Part shown: positions 8,606-16,756 of the stretch, piece by piece
Numbering within the stretch: the first letter of the stretch is position 1
Layout: each line of letters opens with the position of its first letter
Source of the DNA: an uncultured virus (IMG/VR IMGVR_UViG_3300014205_000210)
Taxonomy: Duplodnaviria; Heunggongvirae; Uroviricota; Caudoviricetes
IMG/VR virus record: IMGVR_UViG_3300014205_000210
Span: 1-64,000 of that record
DNA: 64,000 bases
Reading direction: 5' to 3' (one strand)
Position numbers and translations under genes: made by a program
The notes under the pieces: generated by a model
What the model was told of the DNA's origin: nothing
What the model saw: the letters and a program-made list of their open reading frames with translations, nothing else
Databases searched by the model: none

Positions 8606-8875
8606 TTAATATTTCGGTTTCCATTCTGGTAATCGAACTTTATCAGAAAGATATCCGACAATATACCAGTTTTTACCATTATTAAATTCGGCCATAAGAA
8701 CAATTTCATCTGAATGTTCAACAACATTTTCAGTAATTGAGTATCGAAAAAAATTCTCTTGCTCTGAATAATGTTTTACAAAATTAATATTTAATAAGCT
8801 TTTAATATCAAAATAGTCTACAGTTAAAGCATTTCTTCTGTCAGTAAAAGCAGAAACATACTGTTTTATAAACAT
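8606..8875 (-). CDS. hypothetical phage protein
   Basis: 89 aa ORF, AAGGAG RBS. Confidence 0.6.
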   Translation of the reverse strand: MFIKQYVSAFTDRRNALTVDYFDIKSLLNINFVKHYSEQENFFRYSITENVVEHSDEIVLMAEFNNGKNWYIVGYLSDKVRLPEWKPKY

Positions 8876-8889
8876 TAATTTCTCCTTAA

Positions 8890-9381
8890 TTAAACAAAAA
8901 TAGTTGCTATTAAAAAAGTTATTACTATTGTATAAGCAAATAATATAAGCCCGATCTTTTTATTATTATCAGCCATCATTATTGCTCCCATAATAGTATT
9001 ACCAAATATAGCTAACACTGAGGAAAAAGTGCTATTAATAAAAATAAAAAGAAAAGATAAAAAATATAAAATAATACTTACTTTATATTTTTTAAAATCA
9101 GACTCAAAAAACTTTTTATATTTTATTATTTTAGACTCAAAATAACGATCATAAATATATTCAAAGTATGTTCCATAGTATCTGTAAATTTTACCATAGT
9201 ACTTATAATTAAATACTTTACATATAAACCCAATAAATCCACTTATTTGTAAAGTCCTAAAATCTGATTTCTTTGAGAAAAATATTTTAATTGGAAATAC
9301 TCCTAAAAAATGCCTTTCTCTAACTTTAAATTGAGTGAGTAAATATTTCCAGTCTATTAACATTTTTTGAACCCAATTCAT
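8890..9381 (-). CDS. membrane protein (about three C-terminal hydrophobic segments)
   Basis: Hydrophobic helices; AAAGGAG RBS; class I motif upstream. Confidence 0.6.
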   Translation of the reverse strand: MNWVQKMLIDWKYLLTQFKVRERHFLGVFPIKIFFSKKSDFRTLQISGFIGFICKVFNYKYYGKIYRYYGTYFEYIYDRYFESKIIKYKKFFESDFKKYKVSIILYFLSFLFIFINSTFSSVLAIFGNTIMGAIMMADNNKKIGLILFAYTIVITFLIATIFV

Positions 9382-9410
9382 TGTAACTCTCCTTTATAAT
9401 ATATAAAAGA

Positions 9411-9420
9411 ATAATACAAA
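9411..9420 (-). promoter_or_regulatory. class I promoter-like motif TTTGTATTAT
   Basis: Intergenic, about 30 nt upstream of ATG 9381. Confidence 0.6.
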
Positions 9421-9458
9421 ACCAATAAGAAATTATAACAAAAAAAAATGATTAATTT

Positions 9459-9815
9459 TTATAAAGTTGCTAATTTAGCATCCCGCTTTATTTTCTCCTT
9501 AGCTTGCTCTTTTGCTATTTTTTCAGCATGCTCTTTATATACTGAGTCATAAATTACTAATTCTTGGCATTTCTTTATATAATTTATGTTATCAATCATT
9601 GAAATTTTTGATATATCAGCCCAGTCTAACTTATAATTTTTACAATATTGTCGTTTTGCTTTCCTATTAAAAAGATTAGAAGCTTCTTGTATTCGATCAA
9701 AATAGGTGGGTTTTTTAAATATCGCCTCTTCTTTAGTTGAAGCTTTAGTTGAAACTTTTACAATCTTAGTAATTTGACCAATTTGTTCCTGCATTTGAGA
9801 CTCCTTAAAAATCAT
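9459..9815 (-). CDS. hypothetical basic protein
   Basis: 118 aa ORF. Confidence 0.55.
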   Translation of the reverse strand: MIFKESQMQEQIGQITKIVKVSTKASTKEEAIFKKPTYFDRIQEASNLFNRKAKRQYCKNYKLDWADISKISMIDNINYIKKCQELVIYDSVYKEHAEKIAKEQAKEKIKRDAKLATL

Positions 9816-10039
9816 TTTTTAGGAAATATAATCCATTTTTTAAGCAAAGTATCTTTATTAATTTCTATTTCTCTAGAAATTTTATCACCACCGCGGATTC
9901 CAGCACTTTGAGACAAAATAACTTTGTCATTTTTAAATCCTTTTACTTTCCAAGTAGCAAAGGTTTTTCTACTTGCCTTAACTGTTTGGCCTATTTCAAG
10001 GTCTTGGTCAGATTCTAATAATGATTTATATTTTTTCAT
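9812..10039 (-). CDS. small SH3-like protein, candidate internal head protein
   Basis: N-terminus MKKYKSLLE; LEIGQTVK beta-barrel pattern; in late-motif operon. Confidence 0.5.
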   Translation of the reverse strand: MKKYKSLLESDQDLEIGQTVKASRKTFATWKVKGFKNDKVILSQSAGIRGGDKISREIEINKDTLLKKWIIFPKK

Positions 10040-10041
10040 TT

Positions 10042-10905
10042 TTATGACCCAGTTATAAAACTTACTGTATAATTTGAAGCCATAGATATATTATCTACTG
10101 AAAGTATAGTAGATGAAATTGTTAATACATAATTTGTTAGAGCAGCCAACGGGGCTGAAGGAGTTATCGTTACTATTTTATTAGTTGTATCCCATGCAAA
10201 TGTTAATGTAATAGACGGAGACATAGTAATATATGAAGAAGTGTTTGCTGTATTCATTTCAGCAGCAAAAGTAATTACTAAAGGAGCATTTATAGAAACT
10301 CCTGTAGCTCCAGTAGCGGGCACAGTTGTAGAAACTGTAGTAATACCTAACGTTGAAATATAATTATCTACATGAGTTTGTATTTCAGTTTCTAATTTAC
10401 CTCTAAAGAACGTTAACATATATGTTTTCTTTACAAGTTCTTTATTCCACAATGTACCCACAAGTTTTGGGGCAGTAAGTATAAGTGGAATTTTTCTTCC
10501 AGTATGGTCTTTAACAACATCCACTATAATATCATTTTGATCAAAATCTCTTGCAGTAGTAGAAGTAGTTCCACCAAAAGGTACTATCATTTTTATTGGC
10601 ATTAGCTCAGTTAACGACATTGCTCCTACTGAATTTTCGCCAGAGCCATCAACCATTTGAAATAATTCAACTTCATTAAATGGGTATTGAATATAAACAT
10701 TATCAACTACTTCACTGCTATAAGTATTAGTTTTATCTCCCAACAAATCTCCTTGAAGATCTGCATTATAATCTGTATTAGTTGCTATAATTCGTAGAAT
10801 TTGAGTTTTTGTTCCGATAAAATTTAACTTAACATCATTAAGTTTTCGTAATATTGGAGCTAGCCCAGCTCCTATTTTATCATATACTGATTGTTTATAT
10901 GCCAT
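10042..10905 (-). CDS. virion protein with C-terminal bacterial Ig-like (Big_5-type) domain
   Basis: VSTTVPATGATGVSINAPLVITF...TITPSAPLAALTNYVLTI pattern. Confidence 0.7.
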   Translation of the reverse strand: MAYKQSVYDKIGAGLAPILRKLNDVKLNFIGTKTQILRIIATNTDYNADLQGDLLGDKTNTYSSEVVDNVYIQYPFNEVELFQMVDGSGENSVGAMSLTELMPIKMIVPFGGTTSTTARDFDQNDIIVDVVKDHTGRKIPLILTAPKLVGTLWNKELVKKTYMLTFFRGKLETEIQTHVDNYISTLGITTVSTTVPATGATGVSINAPLVITFAAEMNTANTSSYITMSPSITLTFAWDTTNKIVTITPSAPLAALTNYVLTISSTILSVDNISMASNYTVSFITGS

Positions 10906-10923
10906 TCTTTTTATAGCCTCTTA

Positions 10924-12000
10924 TTAACTTCCAGTTGTAAAAGTAAAATCATAATCATCAATCATCGAAATAAGATTAGAACTTTGCACATTTCCAGAAA
11001 CTGTAACAGTATATAATGAACCCGAAAGTAAATTAGTTGTAGGAGTTAATGTAACACTAGTGCTATCAGTATTCCAAAGAAAATCTAAAGAAATAAAAGG
11101 GTTTATATATACTTCGCTCTCAACACTGTCTTCATTCATTGTAGTATTAAAATTTATTGTAAGAGACCCACTAATTGAATTTGCTAATGACCCAGACAAT
11201 GGATTTGTTGAAACAACTTCAGGAGAGTCTGGCATTATATTTGCTCCAGTTATTCTATCTCCTGGTGCAGAGTCTTCACCATTATATTGTTCATACAACC
11301 CAATAAACATATCTATATTATCAACAGGATGAAGTCCGTCAGTTTCTAATATAATATCATTAAAAAAGACAGTTGTATCATGCTGAAGGTCCTGGATTCT
11401 ACCAGTCAATAACTGCTGAGCAAACTCCCAAGCATACTGCCCTTTAGCTACTCCACTATCAAGATTTATTATTGCTGGAAAAGTAGTAGCAACTCCATTA
11501 AGTATAATAGGAACATTAATAAGAGTCTTTTTAGAACTCATATCAACAAGAATAGAAATAGCTCGAAAGTAGTCAAATCCCCCGGAGAAAAATGAAATCA
11601 TCGGCAAAACTAATTTCATTGGCCTTACTGAAATTTTACAATTAAAAGTTTCACTAGTATATAATAAAGAGTCCGCAAAATAATTGTAAGTTTCAGGTCT
11701 TAAATTATCATCATCATAATTAAATGCAGTAAACGGAAATTCTGCCCCACTAATTTGAAAAATTCTTGATGCATCTTGTAGTGCTCGTTCACGGATATCA
11801 GTGAGAATAAATCTATTTTTTCCAGATAATTGAGCTTCTTCAACTGATTTTTCTATAGGGTCAGTTTTTGTTGAAGTATACTCATAAGTAAGTTTGTCTT
11901 CATATAAAAGTTGATAATAAAAATAACGAATACTTTCCATCAAAGCAATTATAACAGGCGGATAGTTAGCATCAGTAGTTGAAAACCAAGGAGTTGCCAT
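10924..12000 (-). CDS. virion protein (neck/tail-completion-like) with C-terminal Ig-like (Big_5-type) domain
   Basis: PEVVSTNP..LTINFNTTMNEDSV..LTPTTNL..YTVTV..YDFTFTT pattern; N-domain role inferred. Confidence 0.7.
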   Translation of the reverse strand: MATPWFSTTDANYPPVIIALMESIRYFYYQLLYEDKLTYEYTSTKTDPIEKSVEEAQLSGKNRFILTDIRERALQDASRIFQISGAEFPFTAFNYDDDNLRPETYNYFADSLLYTSETFNCKISVRPMKLVLPMISFFSGGFDYFRAISILVDMSSKKTLINVPIILNGVATTFPAIINLDSGVAKGQYAWEFAQQLLTGRIQDLQHDTTVFFNDIILETDGLHPVDNIDMFIGLYEQYNGEDSAPGDRITGANIMPDSPEVVSTNPLSGSLANSISGSLTINFNTTMNEDSVESEVYINPFISLDFLWNTDSTSVTLTPTTNLLSGSLYTVTVSGNVQSSNLISMIDDYDFTFTTGS

Positions 12001-12158
12001 TATTTAGACCCGATATTCACAACTTTAATGTCATTATCATCTTTATTAAGAGTCTCTTCAGGTATAGGAGCTTGCCATTTTTTCAATGGTAGCTCAGGAT
12101 GAGAGCCTAGATCTGAGCTAATTGTTATTTCTTTTATAATTGGTTTATATCGTTTCAT
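12000..12158 (-). CDS. 52-aa protein MKRYKPIIKEITISSDLG..., candidate internal head protein
   Basis: Hand translation; TAATG overlap with 10924..12000; late motif ends 5 nt upstream of the ATG. Confidence 0.6.
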   Translation of the reverse strand: MKRYKPIIKEITISSDLGSHPELPLKKWQAPIPEETLNKDDNDIKVVNIGSK

Positions 12159-12163
12159 AATAT

Positions 12164-12173
12164 TTATTAGTAA
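12164..12173 (-). promoter_or_regulatory. class II (late-like) promoter motif TTACTAATAA
   Basis: Heads the operon with the Ig-domain virion genes. Confidence 0.65.
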
Positions 12174-12174
12174 C

Positions 12175-13554
12175 TTATTCTTTAATAACTACTTTTGGTC
12201 TGATTCTAAATGTGTTAACGTCAAAAATAAATGGAATACGAAAAAGAGGTCCATTATTGTTTTTAATAGCCCCTAAAAATACAATATCCTCTTCTAATTC
12301 CCATTCATCATTTCTATCTGGAAAATATTTTCGCTTAAAATATAAAGGCCTAAACACAGACAAAACTAATCGGCAACGAGATCTCCATCCACCACCACCC
12401 ATAATATCTTCATCTACATATACATGATGGTCTATTTCTTCAGGAGTTTTAAATTTTAGCCCATTTCTTGTACGATTTTCATTAGCTTGTACAACTAATA
12501 ACGTATGAACTCCATGTCTTTCAGTTATTCTATGAAATTCATCCGCCCCTTTTTCAACCCCATCACCATAATTACCTGAAAGTTCTTTTACCATACTAGC
12601 CAAGTCTATTATTACTAGACAGTATTCATCATCTTTAAATACTCCATTTTGCCTGAAAAGGTTTTTAGATTGCATTATAAGATAATCAACATCATTTAAT
12701 GATAAAGAAGACTCTTTTATATGAATATAATTTTTTATTTGAGAAAATTGAGATAATGATCGTTCTATTCTCGCATTAAAACGAACATCTCTATTAGCCC
12801 CATATAATTCTGAGAACGGCTCTCCGAGTCTCATAGCCATTGCTCTGTCCATTTCTGAGTCAATTGCATTTTCAGTTCCTATTTTAATAACAGGAACTCC
12901 TTTTGAAATAAGTTCCAATTGAATATTTTGAGCCATAGCAGATTTTCCTACTCCGCTAGGGCCAAATAATAAAGTCATTTCATTAGGTTCTGCACACCTA
13001 ATTGCTCGATCTTTTATAATCTTATACCCTAAACTTCTTTCTCGAAGTCCTTCATTGCGCTTTTGTAATGTAATTGTGTATTGATCTACTAAATCTTTAG
13101 CAGTTAATAATCGTTTTTCACTATGAAGTTGAGAAATATTTTCTTTAATTGAGTCTGCTAATCGAAGTAATTTATCAGAATCTAATCCTTGCCCCCGTTG
13201 AACTTCAGTAAGAACTTCTTCAATTATTTCAAGATTAAGTCTATTTTTAACATAATTTTCTTTAATACATTGTACAACAAAATCTATATTTTCAAAATCA
13301 GTATATTCAGTTTGTAATTTTAAAAGATGATCTTTAGTAATTTTATCTGATTTTTGCTTAGTATAATGAAAAAGTTCATCAATAGTAAATTGAAGATTTG
13401 CTTTTGTTATTTCTGTAATAGCTTCACAAATTATTCTAACTTCATCATTTAATATAAGAGACAAATCTAATTGATAAGCCTCTTCTGGTTTTTGCATAAG
13501 ATAAGCAGCAAACTTTTCCTCATTATGAAGATTAGATGAAAGAATACTTGACAA
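12175..13554 (-). CDS. dnaB: replicative SF4 DNA helicase
   Basis: Walker A GPSGVGKS, TEN, Walker B IID, VQAN, IKNNNG; DnaB-like size and N-domain. Confidence 0.85.
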   Translation of the reverse strand: MSSILSSNLHNEEKFAAYLMQKPEEAYQLDLSLILNDEVRIICEAITEITKANLQFTIDELFHYTKQKSDKITKDHLLKLQTEYTDFENIDFVVQCIKENYVKNRLNLEIIEEVLTEVQRGQGLDSDKLLRLADSIKENISQLHSEKRLLTAKDLVDQYTITLQKRNEGLRERSLGYKIIKDRAIRCAEPNEMTLLFGPSGVGKSAMAQNIQLELISKGVPVIKIGTENAIDSEMDRAMAMRLGEPFSELYGANRDVRFNARIERSLSQFSQIKNYIHIKESSLSLNDVDYLIMQSKNLFRQNGVFKDDEYCLVIIDLASMVKELSGNYGDGVEKGADEFHRITERHGVHTLLVVQANENRTRNGLKFKTPEEIDHHVYVDEDIMGGGGWRSRCRLVLSVFRPLYFKRKYFPDRNDEWELEEDIVFLGAIKNNNGPLFRIPFIFDVNTFRIRPKVVIKE

Positions 13555-13563
13555 TAATTTCTC

Positions 13564-13734
13564 CTATATATCTGAACGAAACTGCTTAAACTTTTTGCGA
13601 ATTAAAATTAAAAAAGCTTTTAAAATTTCTTCATCTTTAAGTTCTTTTAGAGGTAAATAAGTAGTGCCTAAAATGAATTCATAAATCTCTAAAGCTTTCT
13701 TTTCTGCAAGAGATAATTCTTTATATTTAGGCAT
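13564..13734 (-). CDS. small hypothetical protein (56 aa, MPKYKELSLAEKK...)
   Basis: Hand translation; GAGG RBS. Confidence 0.5.
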   Translation of the reverse strand: MPKYKELSLAEKKALEIYEFILGTTYLPLKELKDEEILKAFLILIRKKFKQFRSDI

Positions 13735-13744
13735 AATTTCCTCA

Positions 13745-14686
13745 TTAAAGTCTTCTTGGTCGTTTTTGTATAAAAAATGTTTGTCTATTTATTTTATTAG
13801 TCATGTCTGACTCAAGAGGTAATTCAAGAGATTCAAAATATATTTTTAAAAGTTTTACATTACGTTTGCAATCAATTATATATTGCCGTAATTCTATATC
13901 TAGTATAACAAAATCAACTAAAGTAAAATTTTTCCGAACATCATTTTCAGCTTCTTGTAACTTTAATTTCCATTGTCGAGGAACTATACAGCACTCTTTC
14001 CACAAATTAAAATACAAATCATCAACAGACTCAAATTGATTTACAATTTGAAGTAATATTTCTGTAGGAATATAAGGAACTGCATTAGTTATATTATCGC
14101 TTTTATCTCCATGAATAGCTTTATATAATTGTATTGCTTTTCCTTTACTTGGGTCAAAACCAAATTTTTTATTAAAAGAAGTTATTGTATAAATCTCATT
14201 ATAATTATACCAATCTACGTCTTCAGTTATATTCCTGGCCCAGTCAAGATCATTTGAAATTAATAAAGCTTTATTATTTTCATCTATTTGTAATTGTTTA
14301 ATTAAGGGGTCAGTTAAATCATCAGCTTCTAATGAGGGTACTTTAATAACATGAAATTTATTTGAATAACTTTTTAAAATTTCAACAAAAATAGCAAGAG
14401 CTTCATAAATGCCTTTTGGTACTGATTTTTTTAATCGAGTACTTTTATACTCAGAGTCTATAAGTTTTCTAATGTGAAGAACAGTTTCTGGATTATCAAA
14501 AAGCAAATATATATCTGAAGAATTATAAGCAAATTTCTTTTGTAAATTTCTCAACATTTTTAAAGTGTGGTCTATAGCGCAAGAAGCTAATTTAGTTTCA
14601 TCAGTAGTAATGCAATCTTTTATAGAAACTACAAATGATCTCCACCAAAGATTTGTTGCATCAATTATAATATGCTGATACTTCAA
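13745..14686 (-). CDS. 5'-3' exonuclease / flap endonuclease (T4 RNase H/PolI N-domain-like)
   Basis: IDATN, LFD, EYKSTR, EADD, SNDLDW, GDKSDNI; start likely TTG 14686 after AAGGA (track start lies inside the promoter motif at 14705-14714). Confidence 0.9.
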   Translation of the reverse strand: MKYQHIIIDATNLWWRSFVVSIKDCITTDETKLASCAIDHTLKMLRNLQKKFAYNSSDIYLLFDNPETVLHIRKLIDSEYKSTRLKKSVPKGIYEALAIFVEILKSYSNKFHVIKVPSLEADDLTDPLIKQLQIDENNKALLISNDLDWARNITEDVDWYNYNEIYTITSFNKKFGFDPSKGKAIQLYKAIHGDKSDNITNAVPYIPTEILLQIVNQFESVDDLYFNLWKECCIVPRQWKLKLQEAENDVRKNFTLVDFVILDIELRQYIIDCKRNVKLLKIYFESLELPLESDMTNKINRQTFFIQKRPRRL

Positions 14687-14734
14687 GTTATATTCCTTTA
14701 AGTATATATACAAAAAATTTAAAAATTATAAAAT

Positions 14735-15175
14735 TTATTGTTCTGAATCAGAAAGCTCTGCATCACTAAATTTTTCTAAAAGCTTAGCAACTCTTCTGGC
14801 AATTTTAATATCTTCAACGTTTAAATTATCACCAACATTGCCAAGTCTTCCTGCATCTGCCTCTTTTTCAATTTGATAAAAATCTTTTATAGAAGTAATA
14901 AGGCCTAAAATAAATTCATTATCAGACTTACTAAGTACACCCAATAAATGAGTTAAAGAAACTAAGTCAATATCTTCATTTGGGTCTGTTAGCTTAGTGA
15001 GAATTTTTGCTGTTACTACACTTTTAAGTTTATTTTCAGCTGTAGCTTTTGCAACTTGAGCATCAACAAAAGCAATAAGATTTAAACTACGAATACTTTT
15101 AATTTGAGTTCGATCAAGCTCTGCTTGAGAAGGTATTTCAATTTCTTTAATAATGTTTTCTACATCAGTTCCCAT
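14735..15175 (-). CDS. hypothetical helical protein
   Basis: 146 aa ORF. Confidence 0.6.
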   Translation of the reverse strand: MGTDVENIIKEIEIPSQAELDRTQIKSIRSLNLIAFVDAQVAKATAENKLKSVVTAKILTKLTDPNEDIDLVSLTHLLGVLSKSDNEFILGLITSIKDFYQIEKEADAGRLGNVGDNLNVEDIKIARRVAKLLEKFSDAELSDSEQ

Positions 15176-15178
15176 ACT

Positions 15179-15637
15179 TTATAACCTATTAATTACATTT
15201 TTTATATCATATAACTTTGAATTCATTAAAATATCCATAAATTCAGGAGTAGTTTCATCAACAATCTTTTTAATTTTTTTACCTAAAGAAATTGAATTAA
15301 ACTTTTCTTCATCAGAATTTTCTAATTTTAAATAGTCTTTAATTGTAGGCCAATCCCATTTTTGAACTTCTCGAAGGTAAAAACAAGCAGTTAAAATTTT
15401 TAAATCTTTGTATTGTTCTTTTGTAGGTATTCTTATTTCAGCGCCATCATAATATGAAATAAGTTTACTTAAAGACTCCGAGTCAAGCAGTTTTGCTAAA
15501 ATAAATAAATCATTATCTTGAGCCTCTAAAGTATACATAAATAAAGATAAAGCATTAAATGCTTTTTCAGTATTATACTCAGAAGACTCAAAATATTCTT
15601 TTAGAGATTGCTCTAATATTTTATTAAAAGGTTGCAT
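15179..15637 (-). CDS. Mor-like putative transcription regulator
   Basis: KLISYYDGAEIRIPT resembles the Mor-family FGG..IYIP signature. Confidence 0.45.
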   Translation of the reverse strand: MQPFNKILEQSLKEYFESSEYNTEKAFNALSLFMYTLEAQDNDLFILAKLLDSESLSKLISYYDGAEIRIPTKEQYKDLKILTACFYLREVQKWDWPTIKDYLKLENSDEEKFNSISLGKKIKKIVDETTPEFMDILMNSKLYDIKNVINRL

Positions 15638-15641
15638 AAGA

Positions 15642-15675
15642 CTCTCCCTATAATAATTAGTACTTTTAGGGAGAG
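15642..15675 (-). promoter_or_regulatory. RBS-sequestering hairpin with late-like motif TACTAATTA in the loop
   Basis: CTCTCCCTA (15642-15650) / TAGGGAGAG (15667-15675) 9-bp perfect stem; the arm nearest the ATG at 15637 reads AGGGAGAG on the minus strand. Confidence 0.65.
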
Positions 15676-15702
15676 CCTTAAGCTTAAATTAAGTGAATAC
15701 TA

Positions 15703-15900
15703 CTAACGGTAAGTCCCTTCACTATACATATTTAGACCCTGCTCTTCCAGAAAAAACATTACTTGACGTACCGGAAGGCCATAACGCTCAGAAATAAGAC
15801 GAGCATTACAAGTAGGTTTTCGGGTTTTATTTCCAAAATAAGAGGAAAGAACCCACGACTGTTGTTTTTTGTTGAGAGTAACTTGTGTTGGTTTAGCCAT
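15703..15900 (-). CDS. small HTH-like DNA-binding protein
   Basis: NARLISERYGLPVRQVMFFLEEQG helix-turn-helix pattern; AAGGAG RBS. Confidence 0.55.
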   Translation of the reverse strand: MAKPTQVTLNKKQQSWVLSSYFGNKTRKPTCNARLISERYGLPVRQVMFFLEEQGLNMYSEGTYR

Positions 15901-15918
15901 TGTGAAACTCCTTAAATT

Positions 15919-16749
15919 TTATTTGTTTGCTTCTTGCAAATTTAGTAATTCTAATCGAACGGCTTCTAATGTTTTTAAAAACCATTGTTTTCGTTTTCTA
16001 CCATAAGTACTATATTGAGCTATTTTCCCGTTTTTCTTACGTTCTTCTTGAAATAATTTATCTGCAAACTTTTCCCCTAATCGCAAGTTTAAATCAAAAG
16101 CTAAAAGTCGTACTAGGTCATCCCCCTTTGTTGGGCAGTAAGCTGAAATTTTAAAAATAAATTGAGTAACATGATTTAACAAATAAAGCCTATTTTCATA
16201 GTCATCAATTTGGTCATAACTATTTTGAGATTGCTTGTCTTCATGATAAGAATTTCCATCACTATGCTCATCATCAAATTCCCAATTTAACGAAATATCT
16301 TCTTGAAGTCTTTCTTGTTTATTAAAAATTACCTGTTTTATTTTAGAAACTAAATATCCACCAAATGAAGCATACATTCTAAAATCATTTCCATCAGTAT
16401 ACACATTTGGAGTAAAATATTTATAATACTCCTCAATCACAAAAGAAGCTGCATTTTCTGCAAAATAATTAATATCCTCTTCACAAGTTATATATGAAGA
16501 ATAATATTTTTTAATTAAACTTTTAGCATAAATTATGAGGTATTTAGCTAATTCATTCAAATATTTAATATTTTTACCACTATCAAAATAACTATCTTGC
16601 ATAATCATTAAAGTTCGTTCGATTTTTGGTATATTAGAATATGAAATTCCACATTTTGGGCATACCATTTTTGTTTTTAACCAAGACATTTTTTCTTTTT
16701 CAGTTATATAAAATTTATGAGAACAAAAATTGCACGTAGATAATCGCAT
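15919..16749 (-). CDS. putative phage sigma factor with N-terminal Zn ribbon
   Basis: CNFC..CPKCG; region-2-like YAKSLIKKY..EDI..SFGGYL..IK; ISL before acidic linker. Confidence 0.5.
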   Translation of the reverse strand: MRLSTCNFCSHKFYITEKEKMSWLKTKMVCPKCGISYSNIPKIERTLMIMQDSYFDSGKNIKYLNELAKYLIIYAKSLIKKYYSSYITCEEDINYFAENAASFVIEEYYKYFTPNVYTDGNDFRMYASFGGYLVSKIKQVIFNKQERLQEDISLNWEFDDEHSDGNSYHEDKQSQNSYDQIDDYENRLYLLNHVTQFIFKISAYCPTKGDDLVRLLAFDLNLRLGEKFADKLFQEERKKNGKIAQYSTYGRKRKQWFLKTLEAVRLELLNLQEANK

Positions 16750-16756
16750 AAATTAG

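Noticed and set aside
8890..9381. Internal KYKKFFES resembling the capsid-targeting-like leader
   Set aside because: It lies internally in a membrane protein behind an early-type promoter, and K/Y/F richness is expected from AT bias.
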